DNA of 63,154 nucleotides, counting the filler, from Trichomonas gallinae (taxonomy: Eukaryota): assembly GCA_008369845.1 (NCBI GenBank). It is 7 parts of 7 records of this genome, joined end to end, with 100 filler letters (N's around TTAATTAATTAA, not from the genome) between each part and the next. Parts side by side here need not be neighbours in the genome. Positions count along the whole stretch, not along the records: positions 1 to 17,634 come from MRSU01000028.1; 6 more parts are not named here. One strand, 5' to 3'. Below, piece by piece: positions 1 through 11,494 of this stretch; within the stretch, counting starts at the first letter, position 1; every line of letters begins with the position of its first letter. Made by a program: the position numbers and the translations under genes. The notes under the pieces are model-generated. The model ran no database searches, had not been told where the DNA came from, and worked only from the letters and a program-made list of their open reading frames with translations.

Positions 1-1252
1 TAGAGCCCAAGAAAACTCCACCGGGATTTTTTTGATGGGAATCTAGCATTTTAATGGTCACTATGTGCTCATTCTATATTGTTAATTTACAGAATTTTTA
101 GTTGTATTTTTCTGCCGGACAACCTTTTAATATGATTTGTCTTTGTCAGAAAATTTATTGTGACAGATTATTTACATGACAAAATTTTATTCTATTGTAT
201 AAGATTATCCTTTTTTCTCTAATTTTTAACCCACAACAGCATTAAAATATCTGATATATCGAATTATTTGCATATATATACCCATATTCTCGTTAAAACT
301 CCAAATCATATGAAAACACACTAAAGATGCATTTATATGTCGAAAACAATCGAGAATATCAATATTTTAAGTTATAAAATTATTATTTTACCATAGATGA
401 ACCGTATAAAATAGATATTACGCGTTTAATATAAAAAATAACGAATTCAAAATGCCGTTGTTTTGCTATATTTTATTTTCTACTTGATTTACCCAACAAA
501 GATGTTGTCTATATGCTATATTCATAAATATAATTTATATAATACCAAGTTGTTTTAATGATGAAATTCAATAAACTACAATGAAGTATCTTAATACGTT
601 TCAATTTATCTGTCAAATTCATCAAAGCAAATTACTAATATCGTCATCCAAAAAAGTAGATTTTGAAAATAAATTGGCATCAGGATATGTTAAACATCAA
701 AACTGAACTCAAAGTCATGTATGAAGATGATACCAACAATCTGTTAAATTTATGAGATCCTATTTTTTGTTTTTTCAATATATATTTTTTCTTGATCATA
801 ATAAATAATCATCTAGATTGATAACGTAAATCAAAAATAAAAAAAAATTCGAAGTCAATTCAAATTTTATAAAATTTGCAATATTATTGCATCAGGTAGC
901 ACCAGAAATAATAAAATAATTAACTCTTAAATCATAAGATAATCGTTAAAATACGACCTAATTTCTTTTTTTAAAATAGAAAATGAATGGTCTAAGTAAA
1001 CAGAGAAAGGTTATGAAACAACAATTGTTTTTTCAAAAAAAAATTGACAAAATTGAAAATCAAGTGAGTAATACAGTCATCTGTTATAGAGCAACAGCAA
1101 AATTTTACAATAATAATTTTCACAAAAATTTCTGAGTGCCACAAATAACAAAATTGATTTCTATTATAGCTTACCCAGTGAATATTAAAGTTTAAAATTA
1201 TGTGTCATCTTTTATTTCTTTCAAAAATTTATCCATATAATACTACTGCATA

Positions 1253-4200
1253 TTGCATATAAAATTGAAATATTCTGAAATTTATTTAGAAAAAACGAAC
1301 GCTCCTTCATCTGTTCAATCTAGCTTTAACTACGACAAAGATTCGCTTAGTACTAAACTAATTCAAGGGCGAACACGTAGAATAGACATTATATTTCCCC
1401 TTTTCGCTGCAATTTTTCAACAATGCAAAGTTTCTAATCTAATCTTTTACATTGCTGCATTTTTCTGGGGAGGTCAATGCGGAGTTCAGTCATTATGGCC
1501 AATGAGCCGATTTTGGGAGACAGAGAACCTAACTACAATTCAATTCAATATTTTAAGGTACCTTAAACTAATTTTTCTATTTGATGAGACACCATTTAGC
1601 TCTAATGTATCATTAATCAAAGAAATTGTTGTTCTAATCCTTAATTTGTCGCATTTTACATTAATTATTACTCAGCTTTTTTATTATAACGTTCATAGGA
1701 ACTTCATTAAGATTCTTCTATGGCCAATACAAATGTATGATGCATTAGCGTTTATACTCCTCTTACCAATATCATATAGTCTTGGTGAGTCATTTTTATG
1801 GCTTGCTAACGGAAACCGTGACATGCAGGCTCTAGGATCCATAATACTTTCAGTTCTTAATCTCTCTTATTTGCTGACATTTCATTACTTTGTTTTATTA
1901 TTAAGCAGTAAGAGCGTTTCACTTCAAAAAATTCCATATCTTAGCTTTGATCCATTCATAACATATGTTGTTATTAACACTTTTTGTTTCTTCAACATCC
2001 TGGCATTCATTCTTATGTATTTCGCTGACTGGTGCTATTTAGTTGCAGTAGCCCTTCACATAGGTTGCTTTACTATTTATTTCATTCGAACATGGAATTT
2101 TCTGTATATTAGTTTTCTTACAAATGTTCTTTACTTCTCCATGACAATCTCAATGGTCATCATGGACATCACCATGTTTATCTTCCATTTCTTTGCAAAA
2201 ACTAAGACAAACACTCCTCTGATTATGATTGCCGGTGTTGCAGCTGGCACTCTTATCGCTGGTCACATCTTCTTCACACTCCGCAGAAGGAGGATAATCA
2301 GGGAATTAACGGAAGACAAAGAGTATCCAATAGAAGATAAAAATGAATATTTTAATAGTCTCAAACTGCTTTCAAGTTGGCGAATATCACTCATGTATCT
2401 CACTGTTGGTTTCAAGCATTGCTGTAATTACTTCACGGACATGAGTTTAGTAAATTATCTCGCGCAAAACTCAGTATCGGACAAGCTTATCGCCAACATG
2501 ATCCTCATAGTCAACTACTTCCCCGGAGAGAATAACATACTCAATAGATTGACTTCTTCTCTAATGCAAAATCGAAATTTGTCTCTAGCAGAGAGATTTT
2601 TGATCTTTCAAGTGTACAAAGTCAAGATATTGAGACAGTTCAGTTCATCAGCTGAATCAAACGAGAAACTCAATGAATTGAAAATTATGTCAAGACAAGT
2701 TGAGACAATGACACGTGGTGCCCTTGACTCGACAGATTTGGGCCCATTCTTCTTCGAGTACTTATCAGTAAAGGCACAGCGTGCTCACGCAATTTGGAAT
2801 GAAACATTAAGTAATTATCCGAATAACGTCAAATTCTGCGAAGAATATTGCAGGTATTTAGTTGAAGCAGAGTCAAACTACCCAGAGGCTCTCAGGATCA
2901 AGCACAGAGGCGCTCTTATTGAAATGGGCAAAAATTATTCCGTCGATTATTCATTTAGATCAATGGTTAAGCTCTTTCCCGACTACCTGAAGAAAGGAGT
3001 CGTCGACTTGAAGGGAAATTTGAAGAAGAAGAAACTTGATACAAATTCAACAAAAGATGGAAGATCCACAACAAGTAGCTCAGGCAGCTACGGTAACAAG
3101 CTGTCACAAGATTCATCAGGTGACGAATTGGATGATATAATGCAAGAATCTATCGGAAAACAAGTTTTTAACCATGTAAAAGCTAGACTTGCTTTACACA
3201 GAGCTCTAGAAAACAGCATTCCAAGAGCTTTATTCGCAGTCATCCCAATTGCCGTTATTTGCTGTTCACTTATTGTATTCTTGTATCTCTTCGTTGTTCT
3301 TTATGCGCAATACGAACTTTCCAAGCAGACAAGCTCGATGTTGTTTCTTGACAGCATTTCTAACACTAGATTCTACATTGCTCTGGATGATCTGCAAATC
3401 ATTCTCAGATATTCAAAGGACAGAAAGACTTATGCCCAGTATGAACAAAACATCCTTACTCTGACAAATGAATCAGGAACAACGAATATTATTAATTTTT
3501 ACAAAGATTTTCTTGAAGAAAGCTTGTCTTCTCTAAGAGCGGCGACAAGCTATTTCTCTACCCTCATTGACCTCATGGCTTCGATCCAAGACAGAGAAAT
3601 AATCGACAAAGTTTCATCAAATCTTTTCCAAAATCCATACGAAGTAACCACTTGTTTTGGAAGGGACCCACAATTTCAATTCAATGACACACTTGCAACG
3701 ACGATTTCTGTTTTTTATGCTCATCAATCTTTTATTTTGACAAGAACTCACGATGACATCTCAGATATGTTTACAACTTTTCAGTTCTGCGAACTTCTTG
3801 CCAATCTTAAGACGTTTATCAGCAGTATACATAGAGTTTTCAGAGATTTTTCAGATTATCAAATATCTGAAGGAGAAAAACTGGATAAAAGGTTCAGAAT
3901 TGTCAAGTATGCAATTCCTACTCTCATGGCAGTTACATCTATCGTCCCAACATTCCTTCTGGATCTTTTAATCGCATCATCAATCCAAAAAATCGGAGTC
4001 TTGATTGCTTCTTTTGATCAAAAGACACGAGCAGACGCCAAAGAACAGATCTACATCAGTGAAAACGTCGAAGAAGTAAAAGGCGCAGAAAACCATCAAA
4101 GAGGCTACAGAACTTTCGTTCTTGTCTTCTTTTTGTGCTGCACCGCCACTATTTTCATTGCTGTCTGCGCCATTATGACATCCATTGCAACCGAGGCGAA

Positions 4201-5998
4201 TAAGAACATCATGAACTTGAACATGTGGGACCAGTTTGCGACACTACGACTTTCTTTAGCAGCTGAGCTGATGAACACCTACATTTTCGCTGTCGCACTT
4301 CACGACAATCCTAATCAAGCTAGTCCAAAACTATCTAACTCCACCAGTGCTGCTATTATGGCTTCACAGTTACTAGAGCAGCTGATGATTGCACACGACA
4401 GGTTGACTTTAGGGTATAATGGATATCCAGGCTGCATCGGCTACGATAAAACGCTCGATCGGCTAAATTACCAAGACGAGGAGTTAAACAACTCGATAGA
4501 TGGAATCCACGGGTACTACGCTAAGGCAGCTGTGAACACTCAGCTTAAGATTTTGGCCGATTTAGTCAACCAATCACTTTTAGAGATCAAGAACAATGAA
4601 AGGAGACTTACAAAAACAACATTCGCCCACATTTTGCATCTATTTTCAGCGCATTTAGGACCAAATCTTCAGGCAGTAACATCTCGCTTCTTGGAACTTC
4701 CGTTGTACGAAAACAAGAAAGCAACACAGACGATTTTCTTGCTTCTGATTCCTGTTTTCATCACTCTTATCGTCTGCATTTTCTGCATCGTGATGTACTT
4801 CCACGTGAGACTCAGCTCATACAGGGCCGGTTTGTTCATCTTGAAGAGGATCAACCCAAACTCTTTGATAAACAACAAACTATTTATCAAGTTGATCCTG
4901 CACAATTCCACGGAAGTGCAGGAACTAAAGCGCACTGTCTCCGGAAACATTATCCACAACGCGCCAGACGCAATTTTATGCACAAACATCCATGGACTCA
5001 TTGAGACTGTCAACCCATCAACAACGACAACGCTAGGCTATACGCCTGAGCAGCTGCTCGGTCACCCAGTTGTCAGCTTCTTCACACAGGAGTTCGAAGA
5101 GAAAATGACGCAGCAAATGGAGAGAATGAGAGATGGCCAGGCTTCTTATTTCTATGAAGATTCCATCACTGCTGTCACTGACTCAAACCAGTTGCTTCCT
5201 TGCCACATAACAATCATCGGCATGAAGAGCCATAACTCTAACTCAATCACATCATTCGTCATAATCTTGAGAGATCAGAGCCAGCTCGCAGAACAGCAGT
5301 CTCAGGCAGAAGAAGCTAAAAGAAAATCAGAAAGCTTGCTTTACGAAATTCTTCCAAGAGACATTGTCGTTAAGATCAACCGTGGAGAAAACAACATTTC
5401 TTTCACTGTTGCATCAGCGACGATTTCTTTCATCGATATCGTTAAATTCTCTGAGTATTCAGCTCCATTGACACCTCAGGAAATCATGGCAAACTTGAGT
5501 TTGTACTTTGGATCAATCGACAAACTCTTGACGAAATACGAAATGATCACAAAGATCAAATTAATCGGTGATATATACATGGCGGCTGCAGGCTTGTTCC
5601 ACCCAGACACAGATCCAGAAAACCACGCCGAGCAGATGATATCGTTTGCCATTGACGTCATTCACGCCTTGGATGAAATCAACATTAGATTGAACGCAAG
5701 CCTTTCTGTCAGAGTTGGCGTCAATTCAGGTGGACCAATCATCGCTGGAGTCTTAGGCAAAGATAAGCCAACGTTCGATATCATCGGTGACCCAATCAAT
5801 GTTGCAGCAAGACTACAGTCAACCGATGAAGCGAACTACATCCAGATTTCTCAGGCAACATACGAATTAATCAAAGGAAAGAGCTTCGACGTCCATCAAC
5901 GTGGAGATGTTTTCCTCAAAGGTAAGGGCAAGCAGACAACATACCTCGTCAACGCATCTGGATTGGAAGGCGTTGGGGAATTTCGCGTAACTGTATAA
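1253..5998 (+). CDS. Multi-pass transmembrane adenylate/guanylate cyclase with PAS domain (true start unclear)
   Basis: 1581-codon ORF with several hydrophobic TM clusters, a PAS-like segment (NAPDAIL...TLGYTPEQLLG) and class III cyclase motifs (SFIDIVKFS, KIKLIGDIYMAAAG, FDIIGDPINVAARLQS). The first in-frame ATG is only at 1502. Confidence 0.9.
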   Translation: MHIKLKYSEIYLEKTNAPSSVQSSFNYDKDSLSTKLIQGRTRRIDIIFPLFAAIFQQCKVSNLIFYIAAFFWGGQCGVQSLWPMSRFWETENLTTIQFNILRYLKLIFLFDETPFSSNVSLIKEIVVLILNLSHFTLIITQLFYYNVHRNFIKILLWPIQMYDALAFILLLPISYSLGESFLWLANGNRDMQALGSIILSVLNLSYLLTFHYFVLLLSSKSVSLQKIPYLSFDPFITYVVINTFCFFNILAFILMYFADWCYLVAVALHIGCFTIYFIRTWNFLYISFLTNVLYFSMTISMVIMDITMFIFHFFAKTKTNTPLIMIAGVAAGTLIAGHIFFTLRRRRIIRELTEDKEYPIEDKNEYFNSLKLLSSWRISLMYLTVGFKHCCNYFTDMSLVNYLAQNSVSDKLIANMILIVNYFPGENNILNRLTSSLMQNRNLSLAERFLIFQVYKVKILRQFSSSAESNEKLNELKIMSRQVETMTRGALDSTDLGPFFFEYLSVKAQRAHAIWNETLSNYPNNVKFCEEYCRYLVEAESNYPEALRIKHRGALIEMGKNYSVDYSFRSMVKLFPDYLKKGVVDLKGNLKKKKLDTNSTKDGRSTTSSSGSYGNKLSQDSSGDELDDIMQESIGKQVFNHVKARLALHRALENSIPRALFAVIPIAVICCSLIVFLYLFVVLYAQYELSKQTSSMLFLDSISNTRFYIALDDLQIILRYSKDRKTYAQYEQNILTLTNESGTTNIINFYKDFLEESLSSLRAATSYFSTLIDLMASIQDREIIDKVSSNLFQNPYEVTTCFGRDPQFQFNDTLATTISVFYAHQSFILTRTHDDISDMFTTFQFCELLANLKTFISSIHRVFRDFSDYQISEGEKLDKRFRIVKYAIPTLMAVTSIVPTFLLDLLIASSIQKIGVLIASFDQKTRADAKEQIYISENVEEVKGAENHQRGYRTFVLVFFLCCTATIFIAVCAIMTSIATEANKNIMNLNMWDQFATLRLSLAAELMNTYIFAVALHDNPNQASPKLSNSTSAAIMASQLLEQLMIAHDRLTLGYNGYPGCIGYDKTLDRLNYQDEELNNSIDGIHGYYAKAAVNTQLKILADLVNQSLLEIKNNERRLTKTTFAHILHLFSAHLGPNLQAVTSRFLELPLYENKKATQTIFLLLIPVFITLIVCIFCIVMYFHVRLSSYRAGLFILKRINPNSLINNKLFIKLILHNSTEVQELKRTVSGNIIHNAPDAILCTNIHGLIETVNPSTTTTLGYTPEQLLGHPVVSFFTQEFEEKMTQQMERMRDGQASYFYEDSITAVTDSNQLLPCHITIIGMKSHNSNSITSFVIILRDQSQLAEQQSQAEEAKRKSESLLYEILPRDIVVKINRGENNISFTVASATISFIDIVKFSEYSAPLTPQEIMANLSLYFGSIDKLLTKYEMITKIKLIGDIYMAAAGLFHPDTDPENHAEQMISFAIDVIHALDEINIRLNASLSVRVGVNSGGPIIAGVLGKDKPTFDIIGDPINVAARLQSTDEANYIQISQATYELIKGKSFDVHQRGDVFLKGKGKQTTYLVNASGLEGVGEFRVTV

Positions 5999-6446
5999 TT
6001 AACTCTTGTTCCATAATTTTATTAATGAAAGTTAATAAACTTCTTTTTTATTCATTTAAATGTTTATATTTTTGTATTTTTTCTTTCAAAACTCAATATT
6101 GAATTTTAATTTCCAAATTTAAGTAGTACATTATATGAAAATTATAACATGTAGTCAAAATTAAATCATTTCCCATGATGTAAAATGTTAAAAAACAAAA
6201 TATATATCAAAGTAAATCAAAATCAAGTATTTAAGGCTAACCCCTGCTGAAAACTATATCTATTGTCCATATTTATGGGTTTAGTAACTTAAAATATAGA
6301 TTAAATTCATGAAAAAATAAGAAAGGAATAAAAAGATTAGCTTTTCGAGGTTATGGAAAGTACTAATAATATTTTATTACTAACGAGACTGATTTGGGCA
6401 GTGTAAATAGAGATCAAGTGCAATAGAAAAAGAAACAACATAAATT

Positions 6447-6809
6447 TTATTTGAACAAAGTCAAGACACTATTGTTGACTTGATTACGAAAAGCATTTCT
6501 TAAGTTAGAAAGCTGTCTTTTCAGAGACAAGTTCATAGATTCAGCGTTTTGAGATTTAAGCTTTAAATCTGAAACCATCGTTCTAAGTTTAAGATTTTCT
6601 CGCGCGAGTTGTGTAGATTGAGGCAGAGGTGGCGCATCGTCGTCTGAAGAAGAGTTTATTTCGATTTCTGGGAAAGGTCCTTGTTTGATATTTGCCGCAT
6701 TTTCAGTTGTATTTGTCGCAGAAGTGGGAGCAGCCGCAGTTCCAGCGTAAGGAGCAAAAGAGCCGATCTCCCACTCGTCGAATTCTTGTGTCCACTCGTC
6801 TTCTTCCAT
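6447..6809 (-). CDS. Small hypothetical protein, acidic N-terminus and C-terminal coiled coil
   Basis: ATG-started 120-aa ORF with coding-like composition against AT-rich flanks. Confidence 0.65.
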   Translation of the reverse strand: MEEDEWTQEFDEWEIGSFAPYAGTAAAPTSATNTTENAANIKQGPFPEIEINSSSDDDAPPLPQSTQLARENLKLRTMVSDLKLKSQNAESMNLSLKRQLSNLRNAFRNQVNNSVLTLFK

Positions 6810-8880
6810 GAAATTAATTTTTTCTATTCAAAATTATCGTTCGAAAACGAATATATTGTCCTTTTAGTTTGGTTTTTGTTATTATAAAAATTTGGATTAG
6901 AATTGTCACTTTTATTTAATGATCGCAATTTGAAATGATATAATTACTGTGTTTATTATCACTCTCCAATGGTTTTGACATAAAAAAATAAACTGAATTT
7001 AAAAATCAATTTTTATTTGATATATGGAAATGGCATCATAAGGAAATGCCGAATATCAACAAAAAAACGGAGTTGATCGATAAAAGTTTCGTTCGATTGA
7101 CAAAACAATAATTAACGTGCTATTTATATCTTGCAACACATCGGATGAGTAATTATTGGAAAAATAATGATTATTATTCATATTTGCGTAAGATTTCGAG
7201 TTTACGGAAAAACATGTAACAGTTATGATTTACGTCGTCAGAACATATGCAAATGCATCCAGTTTTGTGGTAACAAAACTCTTTGGCAAGATTTTAGTGT
7301 CAGGCATCAATTTCAAAAATAATTAAACAACAAAATGGGTCATTCTTTTATATATAGAACCATAATTACAGCATTAACACATATCTTGTTTCTTTTTATT
7401 CAAAAATGTAATTCAATTCTTTCCTGATGATATCTTAGTGTAGAATCTAAATATACCATTAGCATAAAAAAAATGTGATGTCTCAGCTGATCATTTCTTA
7501 ATTAAAATCAACTGATTTAGATTTCATTTGATTTAATCATTATTTCAGGTTATTTACGTGTAAAATGTATAGACAATTTATGTGCCTATTAAACACTAAA
7601 ATACGAAACTTAGATGTTTGATATTGAAAATGAAATTACATTAAATTTGACAATTTTGCGATATTTGTATTCTGTTATACAAATAATATAATATTTTACA
7701 GTAAAATTGAAATTTTGGCAACTGTAAAATAAAAATCGTCAAAATTCAAAAATCAATGGATATGATGCATTGTGTTGCATATTTTTGCTAAAATTTTGAG
7801 TCGGTTTTCGAAAATTTTTGTCAAAAAAAATTGATCAATGAATAAAAGACGAAAAACGAGATACAAGTCGTGTAATTTGCATCCATATTGTACTGCACGA
7901 ATCAAACTTTCGAATAAAGTGATTTCTGTTGGAATTGGAGCTGTATTTACCATTTTGGCATCGATTTTCTTGCTCTCGGAGTATCAAGTTATTAGGCAGA
8001 TTATTTGTGGCTGTTTTACGCATAGATCAATGATCAAACTATTTAATTTCAAATTTACGAAAGAAAATAAAGATGAAACAATAATTGTTCAACATAAAGA
8101 ATTTCCGCCTGTTATGAGTGACGAAATCGGATACTTATCTAATGCATTAGCAAAAATTACGTTGGATGATACTGAAATAAAGTTTCATAATTCCGATATA
8201 AAGAATGAAATCAATGCAGTGCATAACACTTCAAAAAATACAAACCATGATACTGTTAATGCCACCAAACATACTCAACCTCAAAACGGCACGATTTCGA
8301 ATACGAACAATTTAATCCATTGAATCAGGCATTTTGCATTTGTATGCAAATCAACCTTGCGTTAATGACTTAATATCTTTGTTTGTTATAATTTTATTTA
8401 ATAAAATTTTCATAGAATATCAAGCTATTTCTTATTACTGCATGCTAATAGCAAATATACTGTGTTTATTAACAATTTGCAAGTTCTTGTTAATTCATAT
8501 CCAAATCAAAATTCTCATCTTGTTATTGTTGGATAATAACAATTCCATTATGAAATCTAATGATATGTGAACGATTGTATAACATTTAAAACATTAATTA
8601 TTCAATTAATTCAAGTTCAACACTAAATATGGATTGAATTTATACCTTCTCTTAGGATTTGCGTCTGACAAAATATCATAATAAATAACACTACAAGAGC
8701 AGATGCATATCACTCACTCCTTTAATAAGCACAGCGTTATAAAAATAATTTCAAATGAGTACATTGGAAAACTAGAATTAACAGTATAATTCCTTTCCAA
8801 CATTCTAATCGTTGTTCTACTAACAGAAAATCAATCATATTAACATTTGATGCTTGTTTACGTGACAAAAATTTCGTTAC

Positions 8881-9867
8881 ATGTCAAATTTTTGATTATT
8901 ATTCAATTGTTGTTTTCTTTCATTTGTGAACATTTAACAGCTAAGGGGTTATCACGTAAACACGGGATGGAGTAGATTCTTCGATGATACTTCATCAGTT
9001 TCTGAAAAATATAGAGTTTCATCGCTAAATTTTGCTTCTGGCAATTCTGTTTATGTTACGAATTGCTTCTTCAGATCTTTGGGTAGTAGAGCAATACTAT
9101 ATCTTAATACAGCCGTTAATGATAAATTGCTTGTTGAATTTTCGACATTTCATTCTGTATTCATGCCCACGCAGCCAGGTGGTGCTATTAGATTTGGTAA
9201 CGGTGGATCAATCGTTATTAGCAATATTTGCGCCACCAACTGCAGCTGTGCTTCCTACTCTCATTTTATTTTTAGTGTTGCATCGCAAACCGATGAAAAT
9301 TATAACTGGATTATTGAAACATCAGTCACACAATGCAAAAATGAAAGTGCTATGAATCCAATTGGTTTGTGGTCAGGAAATATTTTGATAAAAACCTGCA
9401 ATCTTTCGCAAAACACGGCTTCACATCGATGCTGTTATCACACTGCTGGAGCTCTGACAACTCCCGCAAGAATTTGCTTTACATCATTGGAAAATAATAT
9501 TGCTAATGGAGTTTATGGCTTAACGCATGCTGAAAAAGGTGAATACCATATTTACAACTGTTCAGTGATAAAATGCACAACTGATGCACTTGTTGTCGCT
9601 AATGGAGCAAAAGTTAACGCGACAAATTGTTTGTTTATTAATAATGTGATAAAATCTCTTGTATATGTTGGATCTGAGTCGTATTGTAACATCATTGACT
9701 GTTACACATTGACAAACGGAGTTGAATCTGGAAACATTTTTGATTTGAATTTAACAAAATTAACGAAATCAATATGCAATAGCTTCCCTCCAACTGAATA
9801 TGATTCATTTTTCATCGATTTGCCTCTAATGGAAGTATTTATATTCATCGATATAAATGATTTCTAG
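8881..9867 (+). pseudogene. Cys/Asn-rich, probably secreted beta-helix-like protein with a frameshifted 5' end
   Basis: The frame is open from 8938 to 9867 (GGAIRF, NCLFINN, CNLSQN motifs). A signal-peptide-like stretch LIIIQLLFSFICEHLTAKG lies upstream in another frame, so two frameshifts are needed to join it to ATG 8881. Confidence 0.5.
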
Positions 9868-10092
9868 TTTTGATCATCCTAAAATGTATCTGTAAATATA
9901 TCAATATAAATGGAATATTAAAGCTAATTTCCAGTCCTTTTTGTAAAATATACCAAATAAACCAAAAAATTGAAATTTAAATCTCTAATAAAACATATTA
10001 TTAAACAAATCAATCAGTAAACATTCTCTATGTTTACATATTGATGGTATAAATGAAATAAAAAGGCTGTTTAACAATTAAATCAAAATATA

Positions 10093-11494
10093 TTATCGCT
10101 TCGAAGATTTGACTGATTTCGATGCGTTAGACTTACGTGGGGATGTTGTTGACTTGACTTCGAATAGAGATGGATTTGTTTCGTTGATCTGAGTATTCAA
10201 CATTTTCAGAGTTCCGAATACGTCAGCCATTCCTGGCTCCTTAGCTTGAGGAGCAAGAGTGAGCTGGACTTTCCTAGTGAATATGACGATTTCAGACTGG
10301 AATGGGCGAATTTGTTCGATTTCCCAGTTTTTGAGCTTAGAAAGCACTGAATTCATCTTATTATAGAACTCAAGCTCTTCTAAGGCATTGCCTGTGTCTC
10401 CTCTCAAAGATCTACTCTTTGCCATCAATTCTTCGAAAAATGCCTTTCTTTCTCGAGTAACTTGCTCCCAGCGCTGAAGGGCTGCACGTGACTCTGGTGT
10501 GAAGACGCAGTTTTGCAATGCGTTTTGTTTGCTTGTTGTTTCTTTGATTTTTGCTTCCCACATAGTTTGGAGCTCGTTAAGAGACTTTTCTACAGGGGAA
10601 ATGTTTCTGTTGCGTTCATTCAAGATCGTAAGCCTCTGTTTAACTTCAGCGGACTGCAAATTGATTAATTCGCCGAATCTCCATAAACTGTGTTCAGTAA
10701 CAGCGACACTGTCGAGGAAATCGGCCAAATTATCGATTGTTGATGGATCTTTTTCGAATGTTTGTCTTTCTTCTGCCATATCTTGAAGAATTGAATTTTT
10801 GATTGATTCGACGAATTTTTCGCCTATACTTGCAGTAGGCTTGTGTGTTGATATGAGTAGAAGCTCAAAAGAAGGATCTTTCAATCCTGCAGCGATTTCG
10901 ACAGGAGTTAAGCCTTTTCCGTCTCTTGCGAGCTCATCATCTGGTTTTTCGAGTGATATAAGCCTTGCCGACTCTAAGTCTCCGCGACGAACAGCAAGAA
11001 TTAAAGCGCATTTAGATCCAATATTTGTTTCTGAGCCAGCTTTTAACAATAAATCAACTGCGTTAGAGTTTTTATGATCAACGGCTAAAAATATAGGAAT
11101 ATCCTTAAAAAATAATGATGAATATCGTTATTCATAATATTTGGATCAGCACTCGCTTCAAGAAGTAAACCAACAGCTTCAGTATTATCAACAGCTACGG
11201 CAGTAAAGAGTGGCGTGCACCCATTCGATAATTTAATATTTGGATCGCATTTGTTCAATAAAAGTGTTTTAACACACTCATTTTGCTTCTGTTCGATAGC
11301 AAAATGAAGTGGAGGTAATTTCTTGCAGTTTGGAGCTGCAGGATCTGCGCCATTCTGTAGAAGAGTATTAACTAATTCCGAATCTCCAGCTTTGATTGCA
11401 TGATGAAGAAGAGACAAATAAACAAAAAATGAATGTCATCCATTATATAGTTAGGGTCAGTTCCTTTATTCAAAAGAGCTCTAATTTGTTCCAT
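10093..11494 (-). CDS. Ankyrin-repeat protein with coiled-coil C-terminus, in three segments (11494-11435, 11417-11124, 11106-10093)
   Basis: Ankyrin repeats run across two frame changes: MEQIRALLNKGTDPNYIMDD|LSLLHHAIKAGD... and ...ASADPNIMNND|KDIPIFLAVDHKNSNAVDLLLKAG. Each junction has 17 extra nt. Confidence 0.8.

Noticed and set aside
7753..8570. Overlapping ORFs of 62-161 aa on both strands
   Set aside because: No recognisable motif. Probably a decayed membrane-protein gene whose strand and frame cannot be fixed by eye.
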